Shown here piece by piece: positions 27,679 to 40,212 of a DNA stretch of 64,000 bases. Made by a program: the position numbers and the translations under genes. The stretch comes from Octopus vulgaris. Its lineage: Eukaryota. The stretch lies in assembly GCA_951406725.2 (NCBI GenBank), contig OX597827.1:76446001-76510000 (forward strand). Reading direction: 5' to 3'. The first letter of the stretch is position 1. Every line of letters begins with the position of its first letter. The notes below the pieces were generated by a model. That model did not search any database. It was not told the origin of the DNA and saw only the letters and a program-made list of their open reading frames with translations.

Positions 27679-27748
27679 TGAAACAAGTATAGTGGTTTCA
27701 AATAAAGAATGTCGATTATTCCATTTTCTATCTATCTATCTATCTATC

Positions 27749-27780
<32 letters not shown>

Positions 27781-28641
27781 TATATATAATAGAAGTAACA
27801 GAGTGACCCAAGGTCTGAGGGTTTCAGGCTTTGTCACTAACCAAAATATCTAACTACATTAGGTATTGATTTGAATATATACACATATATAAATATATTA
27901 TCCTAGCTATAAAAAAAAAAAAAATTCTCTTTCTCTGAGTAAAAAAAAATAACAACCTTTGTCACATGATGCAGCTGCCTTGAGTAGACAACACTTTGTG
28001 AAGAGGATCAACTGGACTGAAACATGTCTGTCGGTCTCACATAAATGAATAGTTTTGTGAAATTAATTCTTAATTCCTTCAAATTATCTCCCCTTTTCAT
28101 TGCAAGTTGTTAACAATTACAGCCAGTAAAAATTTAGCATTTCTCTTCCAACTAAGAGGCTAAATGCAATTAATAGCTCATTTCAATTTTTTAACTAGGT
28201 GTAAACAGCGGATGAGTGTTTGTTTGTGTGTATGTATGTATAATATATATATATATAAATAAACCGTTCTGTGTATATGTATATTATATGAATAAGTATG
28301 TATGTATCTGTGTATTTGTATATATGTGTGTGTGTATGGTCTTGGATAAAAGGTCAGATAGATGGGTGAGAAAAAGTAAAGGAGAGAAATAGAATAAGAA
28401 AAAGGTCAGACTGAGGTGTAGAGAGGGGGCCAGAGAGAAAGATTGGATATAAAAGGGTTACTGTCATGAATATGGGAATAGGTAGAGAATCAGAGAGAGA
28501 GAGAGGGGGGGAGAGGTAAGGGAAGAGAGACATACATAAACTAGAGGGAGAGGGGTGAGAGAGAGAGAGAGAGAGAAGTAGGGAAGATGGAGAAAAGGAG
28601 AGATGAAAACAGCTTTGTATAAGCAAGAAGAAAATTATATA

Positions 28642-28698
<57 letters not shown>

Positions 28699-28789
28699 GA
28701 AGAGAGAGCAAGAACAGAAAATAAAGCAATTGAGAAAAAGATAAAGTTATATAGACAAAGCAGAGAAGGGAACAGACAGTCAGACAAAT

Positions 28790-28828
<39 letters not shown>

Positions 28829-29129
28829 GGGGTTAAGAGATAGTTAACAAGGAAAAGAGAGATGTAGTAATTGAGAGAGAGAGAGAGAGAGGGTGAGAAA
28901 GAGAGAAGGAGAGTAAAAGAAAAACTTAAGAGAGATTTAATGAGAAGTGTGATTGAGAAAAGAAGAAATAATGGAGAGAGAGAGAGAGAGGGAGAGAGAG
29001 AAAGAGAGGAGAGACAGAGAAAATTATTAATTATTATTATTATAAAGAAACGCGGAAGAAAGAACAGAGAGGAAAAAATAATTGAAGAGAGAAAAAAGCA
29101 GTAAAAAGCAACAGAAAAAAAGTTATGGA

Positions 29130-29158
29130 CATTATTATTATCATTATTATTATTATTA

Positions 29159-29198
<40 letters not shown>

Positions 29199-29373
29199 CA
29201 TTATTATTATTATTATTATCATTATTATTATTATTATTACTATTACTATTATTATTATCATTATTATTATTATTATCATTATTATTACTATTATTATTAT
29301 TATCATTATTATTATTATCATTATTATTATTATTATCATTATTATTATTATCATTATCATTATTATTATTATT
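29130..29373. repeat. Long (ATT)n microsatellite with periodic ATC/ACT interruptions
   Basis: Direct reading. Confidence 0.95.
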
Positions 29374-29633
29374 GTCGTTGTTGTTGTGGAGAAGAGAAAT
29401 AAAAACAACAACAACAAAATCCTGGAAGATTTTTTCAGAGAATAAAATATAAAATATATATATATATATATATAAATATATTTAATGTATAAAATAATAA
29501 CAGAATAGAATAAATGAGGGGAAAAAAAAAAAAGATAATTTGAAGGAAAATAAAAAGGAGAAATAAGGAAGGAATGAGTAAACAGTAAAGAAGAAAAAAA
29601 GAGAGAAGAAATTACATTAATAAATATATATAA

Positions 29634-29695
<62 letters not shown>

Positions 29696-30983
29696 TATAT
29701 ATATATATGTGTGTGTATGTATGTATATATATACTATGAGGGGAAGATAAGAATATTATGAGAGAGAGAGAGCCAGGTGTTAGAGAGGAACAAAATAAAA
29801 GGTGTGAGATAGATAGATAGATAGATAGATAGAGAGAGAGAAAGAGAGAGGGAGAAAGAGAGAGAGAGAGAAATTGGGTGTTAAAAGAAAAAAAAAGAAA
29901 AAAAACCTATATTTTTCCCTTCTCTCTTCCTCTTTCTGTGTGTGTCTCTCTTTCTCTCTCTCTCCTGTTTCACAAATGATGAAAGGGAAGGGGAGGGATT
30001 CAGTGAGAGTGAGAGAGAGGGGGGCAGGGAGAGTGAGAGTGAGTGAGAAAGGGAGGAATAATTTGAAAATAGAGAGGTGGGGAGGAGGGGGAGGAAGGAA
30101 GGATGTTAAGCAAGCAGCAGAAAAGACAAAGAATACACACAAACACATACACATGTACACATACACACACACACATATACATGTATATACACATGAAGGA
30201 ATGGAGGTTGTGAGAGACAGAGACAGAGAGAGAGAGAGAGGAGGAGGAGATGTAAGAAAGAGAGAGAGAGAGAAAGTGAGTATTAGAAAGGCAGTAACAG
30301 AGGAGAGGGAGGTTATATAGATTATTATAGATTAGAGCAGTGGTGGAGAGGAGAGGAGGGAGATAATTAAAATGAGCAGAGGGAGAGAGTTTGTTAGATG
30401 GAACAGTGAGGAGGAGGAGATGGAGGATGAGGAGGAAGAGGTAAGTAATACAAACAGAGAGAGAGGGTGTGGAGGGGGAGCATTGATTAATACATTAAAC
30501 TAAAGGAGGGATAGGGAGAGAGAGTGAGTGTGAAGAAGGGGTAGATTCAGAGTAGAGAGAGAGAGAGAGAGATCAATGAATGGGTTGTGTGAAAGCAGAG
30601 AGAAAGTGAGGGGGTGGGAGGGGGAGGGAGAGGGAGAGGCAGATAAAATAAGAAGTGTGTGAGATCAATAAAATAAAAGTATCAGATAGAGATGTGTACT
30701 GGGGTCAAAACGATCAATTGGAATCCTTGAGTGAGGTGCCCCAGCATGGCCACAGTCCAATGACCGAAAGTGCGAAAAAAAGAACAAGTGAAATAGCAAT
30801 TTGGTTAAGAGATAGTGAGGGGGAGGGAGAGAGGGCGTAAGAAAGAGATATAGTGAGAGTGAGAGAGGGGGGAGGGAGAGAGGGCGTAAGAAAGAGATAT
30901 AGCGAGAGAGAGAGAGAGAGGGGGAGGCAAGCAGAGAAAGAGTCAAAAAAAGGTAAAATGAGGGAGAGGGTAAAAAGAGATAT

Positions 30984-31018
<35 letters not shown>

Positions 31019-31830
31019 AAAGAGATATATTGAAAATTGGAAAGAGAGAAAATAAAGGGGATATATTGAGAAAGAGAGGGGGAAAGAGAGCTTCTTATGA
31101 GAAGGGTAAAAGCTGTGGGGGTTGACATTGGCATGTCATTAAATGAGGGCTTGGATATATGCATGTGTGTGTGTGTGTGTATTTATATGTGGCATGGTCC
31201 TATTGAATATCGTCTGTTTGACCACCTGTGATATTACACAATATCCTCAGATATCCAACAGTTTTATCTTCCTTAGATGACAATGGCACAAAAGGTCCTC
31301 CCCCCTCCACGCCGCACGCTCCTCTTGCTCCCCACTCAAATGTCACAACCATACGTTTTCTTCAATTTACTGTTTCCAATTGATATCTTCGGATATCATT
31401 ACCGTCATCGTCATCGTCTCGTTCTCCATCCTCTGATGACAACGATGAAAGCTCTGCACAGCCAACCCCCACCACCACCATCACCACCACCACCACCACC
31501 ACCACGCGAGCTCCTCAAATGTCAGTCTCTACTTCATCTCATGACCACACTACGATGCGTCTATACGGTTTACTAATTCTGGTCTCATTTGTGCCAACAC
31601 CGACCCGACCAGACTTTGATGGCTGTTCCTGTTACGCTGGGACGATCCACTAAACACCCAAAAACACTTGGTCAACATACACAAGAGCGACTCTGAATGG
31701 TTACAAAGTTTGCTTTGCAAATCTTGTGGGTTTTTTCATTCAATCTTTGTGTACAATCATTTTATCTCGAACTACCAATGTCCCCAAGACACATTTAGAT
31801 GCTAAGTATTTCTGGTAAATTTTCCCAAAG

Positions 31831-32175
31831 GGCGCAGGAGTGTTTACCAACCACATGGTTCTGGGTTCAGTCCCACTGTGTAGCACCTTGGGCAAGCGTC
31901 TTCTGCTATAGTCTCAGGCTGACCAAAGCCTTGTGAGTGGGTTTGGTAGACAGAGACTGAAAGAAGCCTGTCTTATGTGTGTGTGTGTGTGTGTCCCTAA
32001 CATCGCTTGACAACTGATGCTGGTGTGTTTACATCCCTGTAACTTAGCGGTTCAGCAAAGAGACCGATAGAATAAGTACTAGGCTTACAAAAAATATGTA
32101 CTGGGGTTGATTTGCTTGACTAAAGGTGGTGCTCCAGTATGGCCGCAGTCAAAATGACTGAAACAAGTAAAAGAA
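31831..32175 (+). mobile_element. SINE family A with a deletion in the A-box region
   Basis: ggcgcaggagtg is joined to tttaccaaccacatgg; body and tail are complete. Confidence 0.88.
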
Positions 32176-32405
32176 TAGAAGAAATAAAAGAAACTGGAAA
32201 TCGTTCATATTTGACAGTCAGATGAGTTGCTCTTTTAATCAATGCTCAGAACTTCCGATCTTAGTCATCATTTCTTGCAAGGGTTGTTAACATCCCACTG
32301 GCTGCATCGTCTGACCTGGCAGACAATTGGCTGGACCTGACCGTAATAACAGTGCCTTTCAAGAGTAAAGCATTTTGGACAAAAATGTCTTCCACTGTAG
32401 CTAAA

Positions 32406-32842
32406 CCCTTTAGCATTTCATATCCAGCCAAAATAGTTTCCCTATTTTATGTCTAACCCTTTCGTTACAGTATTTATTTTGAGATGCTCTGTTTTCCTTT
32501 CAATTACTTTTGATATAACAAAGAATTTAGTAAAATAATTTCGTTATCATTCAGCTAGTATTAGGAACATAAATTATGACTAAGGTTTGGTGGAAGATTT
32601 TAATTCGAAACTTATGAAAACAAGGCATTTGAACTACAGAGCCAGAGGTGGTTTCAGCCGGGTTTGTAACAAAAGGGTTAAACCAGTTAAAGCTGGCCTC
32701 TCACACAAACCTTACAATGTCATTCTAAAAATAAACACTCACACTATTGAGATTTCAAAGCTACAAAATAATGGATGATTAATTCAAAATAAAGGTTGAC
32801 GAAGTAAGCATACATTTGGCAGAGTAATCTGAATGTTAAGGG
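32406..32842. mobile_element. piggyBac-like MITE (outer)
   Basis: Termini ccctttagcatt / aatgttaaggg, flanked by taaa / ttaa. Confidence 0.65.
32457..32677. mobile_element. piggyBac-like MITE (inner, nested)
   Basis: TIRs ccctttcgttaca / tgtaacaaaaggg, flanked by ctaa / ttaa. Confidence 0.75.
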
Positions 32843-32964
32843 TTAAGGTTGACGAAAAACCTTATGAATAAAATTCAATAGATGGAAATTGGAACTCACT
32901 GAAAGGACATTTCTCATTTTCAGGTTTAACAATCCTCAGTTGGTCCTTGGATAAAGGGTAGGAC

Positions 32965-33205
32965 AAAGAACCTTTTGAGTCTTCTGAACTCACAGGGTTG
33001 GTTTCCTAGTCTCTCTGGTGTAGATATTTGCCCCTGGACAGGACATCGGTCAATTGTTGGATTGCTCAGTTTTGCCAGTGGCAGGGGCCGAAGCAACATG
33101 AAACAAAGTGTTGTGCTCAAGAATCAATGCATCGCCTGGTCCAGGGATTGAAACCACGGTCTCACAATCACGAATCGAACACCCTAGTTATTTAGCCATG
33201 CACCC
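32965..33205 (-). mobile_element. Degenerate CORE-type SINE (family C), tail variant 4
   Basis: Minus strand has B box ggtttcaatccc, cttgagcacaacactttgtttcatgttgc, then gtcctgtccagggg...ggaaacc. Related copy at 35615-35830. Confidence 0.65.
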
Positions 33206-33603
33206 TTGGGTGGCAACCTTTTGTAGAGTTCACTTTATCTTGAGCCTTCAGGCCGATGCTTTGGACTGAAAATAGCTCCTCCCTTTTCTCCTATAAGACT
33301 TGTTGGGGACCTAGAAAAGGGTCATGTGTACTGCTCTTTTCACTTCGACCAAACCATAAGAATAAAAAAAGGAAAAAAAAAAAAGAATGGAGGTAAATAA
33401 GAGAGTGTCTGGCAGGTTAAGGCTATCACAGTGACCAAGTGAACTGTAGTAAGTTAACGGTCAATAATTATAAGCAGAGTGGACCTTTTACATCTGTCTC
33501 TTGCTAATGACCAGTAATGATAATAACACTCGGCCTCAGCTAGTGATCAGTGATTACAGCAGAGCATGAGGGACCAATTAAATTGGCCTCTCGTTAATGA
33601 CTA

Positions 33604-33651
33604 GCAATAAATCACAGACTGACCGATTGTGGTCAGTTTGTGATTTATTGC
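33604..33651 (+). other. Near-perfect 21-bp hairpin
   Basis: gcaataaatcacagactgacc-gattgt-ggtcagtttgtgatttattgc; the single non-Watson-Crick pair is G-U on the plus strand. Confidence 0.85.
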
Positions 33652-34142
33652 ATCATCATCATCATCATCATTATCAGCAGCAGCTACAGCAGCACTAGTA
33701 ACATCACCTTCTACTGCACCTCTTCATCACCATCATCATCATCATCATCGACAACATGACCATCCTTATTTTCCCCACCACAATCACCAGCAGCAACACC
33801 ACCACCATCACAATCACAACCATCATCACCAGCAGCAACAAGAGAATCAGTATCATCATTAAACATCATCATCCTGATTATCATCTACATCATCATCATC
33901 ACCATCTCTATAAACACCACCACCACCACCACCATTGCTACCACCACCACCACCACCATCGCCACCACTACCAATACCACTATCACCACCACCACCACCA
34001 CCACCACCACCACCACAACCACTACCATCGCCGCCGCTACCACTACCACTATCATCACCCCCACCATCGCTGTCGCTGCCACCACCATCACCACCATCGC
34101 CACCACCACCACCACCACCACCACCACCACCACAATCATCAT
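33651..34142. repeat. (CAT)/(CAC)/(CAG) triplet field
   Basis: Direct reading. Confidence 0.92.
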
Positions 34143-34379
34143 TGTTTTCCCTTGGCTGCATCATCAGGAAGAGAAGTTTCATCCATCCTTTATTGATTCA
34201 AGCCTCTGCTTGTGTGTGTGTATGATTGTGTATGTGTGTGTGTGTGTATGTGTGTGTGTGTATGTGTGTGTGTGCACTTGTATATAAGTGTATACGTTTG
34301 TGAGTTTCTTGTTCTCTCATCATCATCACCATCATCATCATCATCTATCTATATATATATAGATTCATGTGTCATGTGT

Positions 34380-34437
<58 letters not shown>

Positions 34438-34489
34438 GGGTGTATGTTTGTGTACAATACACACACATGAGCCAACTAGAAAGTCTTTG

Positions 34490-34692
34490 CATAGTTATTT
34501 GTCCTGCTAGAAATAGCAGTCAGACCCCCCCTAAAACTGACACTGTATCATCTTTTAAAAAGGAAAGGGATACTTTAGATAATGTAACCCTATATGGCGC
34601 CTGAAAATGAAATAGGATAACACGGCCGGAATGTCTTTGATCACAGGCTTATCAATTAGTGCAGCCTAGGGCTAAATAACAACAACAACAAC
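34490..34692 (+). repeat. Family F dispersed repeat, near complete, ending in (AAC)n
   Basis: cctgctagaaatagcag...gataatgtaa...ggccggaatgtctttgatcacagg...cctagggctaaataacaacaacaac. Confidence 0.75.
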
Positions 34693-34804
34693 ATATACAC
34701 GAATACATACAACAGCATAAACACATAATTACACACTCTTTCTCTCTAATACATATATATGTATACACACACACACACACACATATATGTACACACATGT
34801 ATAT

Positions 34805-34862
<58 letters not shown>

Positions 34863-35614
34863 TAAATAAAACATATGCATATATATAAACATATATGTAC
34901 ATACCTACCTCTACATCTATATATACACGCATATATGAGTACAGGACACCAAAGGGACGTCGAACACAAAGAGAAACGAAAACATAGACACAAACCAAAG
35001 GAACTGGACATTTTTTTAAACAACAAAAAAATAGAGTACAGGACAATTAACCCAAAGAAAAAACCCCTTCTTCAGTCGCCATGGTTTCATCTATATATAT
35101 ATATATATATAGAAATATACGTATACACACACACATATACATATATGTGTATATAAATCACCGATGACTCTACGGAGTGGGATTATAAAGTATTATAGAA
35201 GGAGAATATGTGATTGGTCAGATCTGATGAACAGTTTTAATCTTTTGTGGTTGGAGGTGAATACTGTTCAGTGCATGCTTTGCGGAAAGAAGAAGAAGAC
35301 GACAACCTCCCCTCGACCCACCCAATGTAGTGGCCAGCCGGACAGAGACGTCGGTGGAGTGTTCGAGTCCAGCCAGGGCCTCCGGCATCACCAACCAAAC
35401 ATTGCGTAGAAGATGACTCTTTGTTGTTTTGGCTAGCTAAAAAGACACTGGTGGAGGTTTCAAATCCAGCCAATATCATATACCACCACCACCACCACCA
35501 CCACCATTTCTATTGTGATGCTGGTAGACAATGGTTGAGCTTATTTCAAGGTTCCACTCACTTCGTCATCATCATCATCACCCTTTAACATCCAGGTTAT
35601 AATTCTATTTTGAC

Positions 35615-35830
35615 CCCCTTTGGTCTCATCAGGCTGGTCACCAATTTCCTATGGCATATAAGCGACACAGACCACAATATTACCCCTGTACAGGACGCTG
35701 GTCCTTCACAGGGTTGCTCTCTTAACCGCTAAGTGGGTTGGACCAATGTCGAATGAAGAGTTTTGCTCAAGAACACACTGCACCACCTGGTCATCAGTTT
35801 GTGAATGCAACACCCTAATCACAAAGCCTT
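35615..35830 (-). mobile_element. Degenerate CORE-type SINE (family C), tail variant 4
   Basis: Minus strand gtgttcttgagcaaaactcttcatt...ggaccagcgtcctgtacagggg...gccataggaaa. Confidence 0.6.
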
Positions 35831-36539
35831 CCCATCCTCCATGTACTGAGTTCAAATATCGGCAAGGGTGACCAGTGATCTATGAACCAGGTGTGCGTGC
35901 TGGCGACAAATCTGTTGTCCATACAGCAACCTGTTTCATCTACAAATCTGTTACTACCTTGTGCCAGCTGAAGGACATCTTGTATGGTTGCCATTATCAT
36001 CAGTGTCCCACCACCACCACCACCCTTGTTGCCACTGCCACCCCTGCTACCATCGCTGCTCACCCCCCTATACCATCATCCACAACCTGACCCGATATCG
36101 GCATTTTTTTCCCCTCTCTCTCTTCAAAATACCAAAGTTACAAGAGTGTTTGAAAATATCTGAGTTTAGGACTCACTCTCTCTTTCTCTCCCACCATAGG
36201 GAGACATCCTTATTCTCAGATGTCTGTTGGCATAATCTCTCCATAATTCCTTAAAATCTTCATTACTGACCACCTCCTACCCTAACCATCTCTCTACCCC
36301 AACTTCTCCGTCTGTTTACAGAACCATCCACACAGCCCCTGGTGTTATATGTCACATCATTTCTCTGATCCCTGTCCAGCCTTGTTTAGTCCAGCTATTC
36401 CTTAACCAGCTCCCTTTCATTTAACATTCTTTCAAGTTAATGACCCCAATACATTAGCTAAGCTTACTTAACTTTAATTAACTCAGTCCACCACTAATTA
36501 CCTTCTCTCACTTTTGCTTCAATTAACACATCATTGCAC

Positions 36540-36990
36540 AACCTGCCCTCACTCAACGTTCCTTCAGATAACCCACTCAACTTCAAGTGAACTACCATCA
36601 TACAACCTACCCTCACTCAACATTCCCTCAGATAACCCATACATGCACACTTGTTACCCTCACTCAAATTCAAGTGAACCACCATTACACAACTCGCCCT
36701 CACTCAACTTCCATGAACTACCATTATACAACTTATCCTCACTCCATGTGAACCACCATTATAGAACCTACCCTCACTCAACTGCAAGTGAACCACCATT
36801 ACACAACCTCCCCTCACTCAACTTCCATGAACTACCATTATACAACCTATCCTCACTCCATGTGAACCACCATTATAGAACCTACCCTCACTCAACTTCA
36901 AGTGAACCACCATTATACAGCCTACTCTCACTCAATGCTTCCCTCAAATAACCCATACATATGCACTCGTGATCCTCACTCAACATCAAG
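36540..36990. repeat. 35-40-bp minisatellite with a 114-bp higher-order repeat
   Basis: (c/t)cctcactc starts at 36657, 36697, 36736, 36771, 36811, 36850 and 36885, giving units of 40+39+35 repeated. Confidence 0.88.
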
Positions 36991-37002
36991 GAATCCACTT
37001 GA

Positions 37003-37312
37003 GTGAAGGCACGTGGCTTAGTGGTTAGGGTAATTGGCTCACAATCATAAGGCCAGGAGTTCAATTCCTGGTAACGCATTGTGTCCTTGAGCAAGACACT
37101 TTATTTCACGTTGCCCAAGTCCGCTCAGCTGGCAAAAATGAATTGTACCTGTATTTCATAAGGGCAGCTCTGTACCCCATTCTGTGCCATACTCAATTTC
37201 CCTGAGAACTATGTTAAGGGTGTCTTTGGAGTACTCAGCCACTTGCATGTTAATTTCATGAGCAGGCAGTTCTGTTGATTGGGTCAACGGGACAACTCGT
37301 AACCAATGAAGT
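37003..37312 (+). mobile_element. CORE-type SINE (family C head) carrying the family B tail
   Basis: A box tggcttagtgg, B box gagttcaattcc, tgtgtccttgagcaagacact; tail tacctgtatttc...gagaactatgttaaggg...gttaatttcatgagcaggc matches 16263-16435. Confidence 0.85.
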
Positions 37313-37399
37313 AACAGAAAAAAATACTCTCCATCACTAACCAAACTTATTTAACATGACTTAAAATAATTCCTTTCCCTTTGCTGCCATTTCCAGCAG

Positions 37400-37801
37400 G
37401 TCAGTACTGCTGTTAGCATCTATGTGTTTACCCTCAGGTCAGCCCTGATCAAAGATGTTCCAACCGTGCCCATCCAGTCAATTATTCAAATGTGGTGTAT
37501 CTCAGCCAACATTATATAACATTAGTGTTGTTTGACCCCAGATCAGATCTATCTGATCTATAATCAAAGATGTTCCAACCATGACCATCCCATCAAGTCA
37601 GTAGTGCTGTCAGCATCTATGCGTTTACCCTCAGGTCAGCCCTGATCAAAGATGTTCCAACCGTGACCATCCAGTCAATTATTCAAATGTGGTGTATCTC
37701 AGCCTACATTATATAACATTAGTGTTGTTGATGTTGTTTGATCCCCAGATCAGATCCATCTGATCTATAATCAAAGATGTTCCAACCATGACCATCCCAT
37801 C
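37400..37801. repeat. ~200-bp direct tandem duplication built from family F fragments
   Basis: 37400-37594 and 37598-37801 are nearly identical; a further family F copy lies at ~37900-38067. Confidence 0.88.
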
Positions 37802-38900
37802 TAGTGTTTCTAGAAGTACATAATCCAAAGCATCCTTCTTCTTTCATTAGTTAAGTTACTACTACTGCTGCTGCTGCTGCTGCTGTTTTTGTAGTTATAT
37901 AACCCTAGGTCAAGCAGACTAGGATCAAAAATGTTCCAGCAATGATCAACTGCCTTTTTTTTTTAAATCCAGAAATTGTATATATTTAGAACTACATTAT
38001 CCTATGTGTCCTTCCTGTTTTAAAACAAAAACATGCAATCTGTAACAAATTTGGCTGTTATTTCTATGCCTTGCCTATGGATGGATAGGTAAATTTTCTA
38101 ATCATAATAACCAGAAAGAAGAAAAAAAAGGAAAAGAGTTTAATTATAAGAGAGAGAGAGAGAGAGGGGGGGACGAGAGGGAAAAGACAGAAATGGAAGA
38201 GAGTGAGGCTATGTGAGAGAGAGAGAGGAGAAAGTCAATAAATACACACTGTGGTGGGAGTGAGAAGGAACAGCAGACATGTAAGTGAGAGGGGGAGTAT
38301 AACTATAAAATATCAGAAGATATGAAGTAGAGATATGGGAGAGAGGAGGAGAAAGAAGAGAGATATGAGAGGGAGAGAGAGAGAGAGGACAAGAAAAGAT
38401 TGGGAGGGGGAGATTGAAAGTAGTAACAGAAGAGAGAATCAGGCAAGATAGGAAATAGGGAAAACGGAGGGGGGAAGAGGGTGAGGTAGAGCATATAAGG
38501 AGAAGAGAGAGAGAGGAGTGAGAGGTGGTGGGCAGTGAAGATAAAAGAGTAAGAGGTATAGCAGAGACAGACACAAGAGAGTAGAGAAGTTGATATGTGA
38601 GAGAGAGAGGGGGGACACAGCATATATTAGAGAGGGAGTATTAGCAGAGATAAGTGAGAGACAGAAGGAAAGAGAGGGAGAGAGACAGTATAGGATTTAT
38701 ATTAGGAAGGAGGTAACAAAGAGGGAGATAGCATAGAAGACAGAGAGAGAGAGAGAGAGAGAGGGGGGTTGTAAAGATAAGAGAGATAGCAGAGATAGAC
38801 TGTAATGAGAATGAGATAGAGCAGAGTGACAAGGGAAAAAAGGAGAGAGTCAGAGAGAGAGATAAATTAGAAAGGCAGACACAGCAGAGAGGGTGAGTAA

Positions 38901-38967
<67 letters not shown>

Positions 38968-39414
38968 CAAAGAGAGAGACAGACAGAGATAAGGAGAAAG
39001 GGAGAGAAATATATATATAGAGAGAGAGAGAGGGGACAGTGATGTGAATTGGGGGCTGTGTAAGAGTCAGTGGAGGTTGAGGTTAGGGTCCACATGACAA
39101 TACTTCTTGATGGTGATTAGTAAATAGCTTGAAGGGGTCAGTTTATATAATAATATGCAGTAGTATAAGGTCCTTTGATAGTCGTATGGAAGGGGAGTCG
39201 GGGAGGACGGAGGGGGATGCGTCCCACAACATTGCAGCACATCCACACACATATATATATATATCTATGTATGTATATATATATATATATATATATATGT
39301 ACATACACACAGACCAGCCATATAATCAGGGAATATATGTATATATAGACACACACACACACACATACAAATATATATACCTACACATACATATACACAT
39401 ATGTATTTGTGTAA

Positions 39415-39453
<39 letters not shown>

Positions 39454-39484
39454 CATACACACACACACATATACATATATACAT

Positions 39485-39519
<35 letters not shown>

Positions 39520-39786
39520 AATTAAACACATACATATACGCACATACACACACATATTTGTATGTATGTATGTATATATATATATATATATGTATATACG
39601 CATCCACATATGTATGTTTATATGTGTGTACACATACCACTATGACGCAATCCTGAAACTCACCAGATTCCATTGAACCATCCTGACTGCATGGTATGGA
39701 AGACAAACCACAAATGACAATGATGATGATGATACATATAAATAATGATATATATATATATATATAGAGAGAGAGATGGGGGAGAT

Positions 39787-39938
39787 AGGCATGGCTGTGT
39801 GGTAAGAAGTTTGGTTCCCAACCATATGGGTTCAGGTTCAGCCCCACAGCATGGCACCATTTAAGCAAGTAAGTGTCTTCTACTATAACCTTGGGCTGAC
39901 CAAAACCTTGTGAGTGGATGCAAACTGAAACAAGCCAG
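39787..39938 (+). mobile_element. SINE family A head, diverged
   Basis: aggcatggctgtgtggtaagaag...ggttcagcccc...caagtgtcttctactata. Confidence 0.8.
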
Positions 39939-39941
39939 TTA

Positions 39942-40010
<69 letters not shown>

Positions 40011-40118
40011 TACAGATTAAATTGAGTCTTATAACATAATGTATATAATGAGTGCTCTTTTTCACAATGGGCCTGGCAACCTCTGATATCCTTTATAAAG
40101 AATATTCTTTAATTCTTC

Positions 40119-40212
40119 CTCTCTGATGATGGAATAATTGGCTTTATATAGAGATCTTTGTTTAATGAAGTATGTACCAAATGCACAGCTATTCTAGAAA
40201 CAGCTGTAGGAG
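40119..40212 (+). ncRNA. Type I hammerhead ribozyme motif with extended stem II and palindromic stem III
   Basis: CTCT CTGATGA TGGAATAATTG ... CAGCTATTCTA GAAA CAGCTG TA GGAG. Intact core, stem II of about 11 bp with one mismatch, stem III ACAGCUGU. Confidence 0.72.

Noticed and set aside
27985-28035. Hammerhead-like GTGAAGA...GAAACATGTC
   Set aside because: C3 is missing, stem II is weak and there is no adjacent stem I; possibly a decayed relic but unsupported.
29040-29445. Poly-Tyr/His or poly-Ile ORFs
   Set aside because: (ATT)n microsatellite.
33756-34225. Poly-His / poly-Pro / poly-Gly ORFs
   Set aside because: (CAC/CAT)n field open in several frames on both strands, with no convincing splice context.
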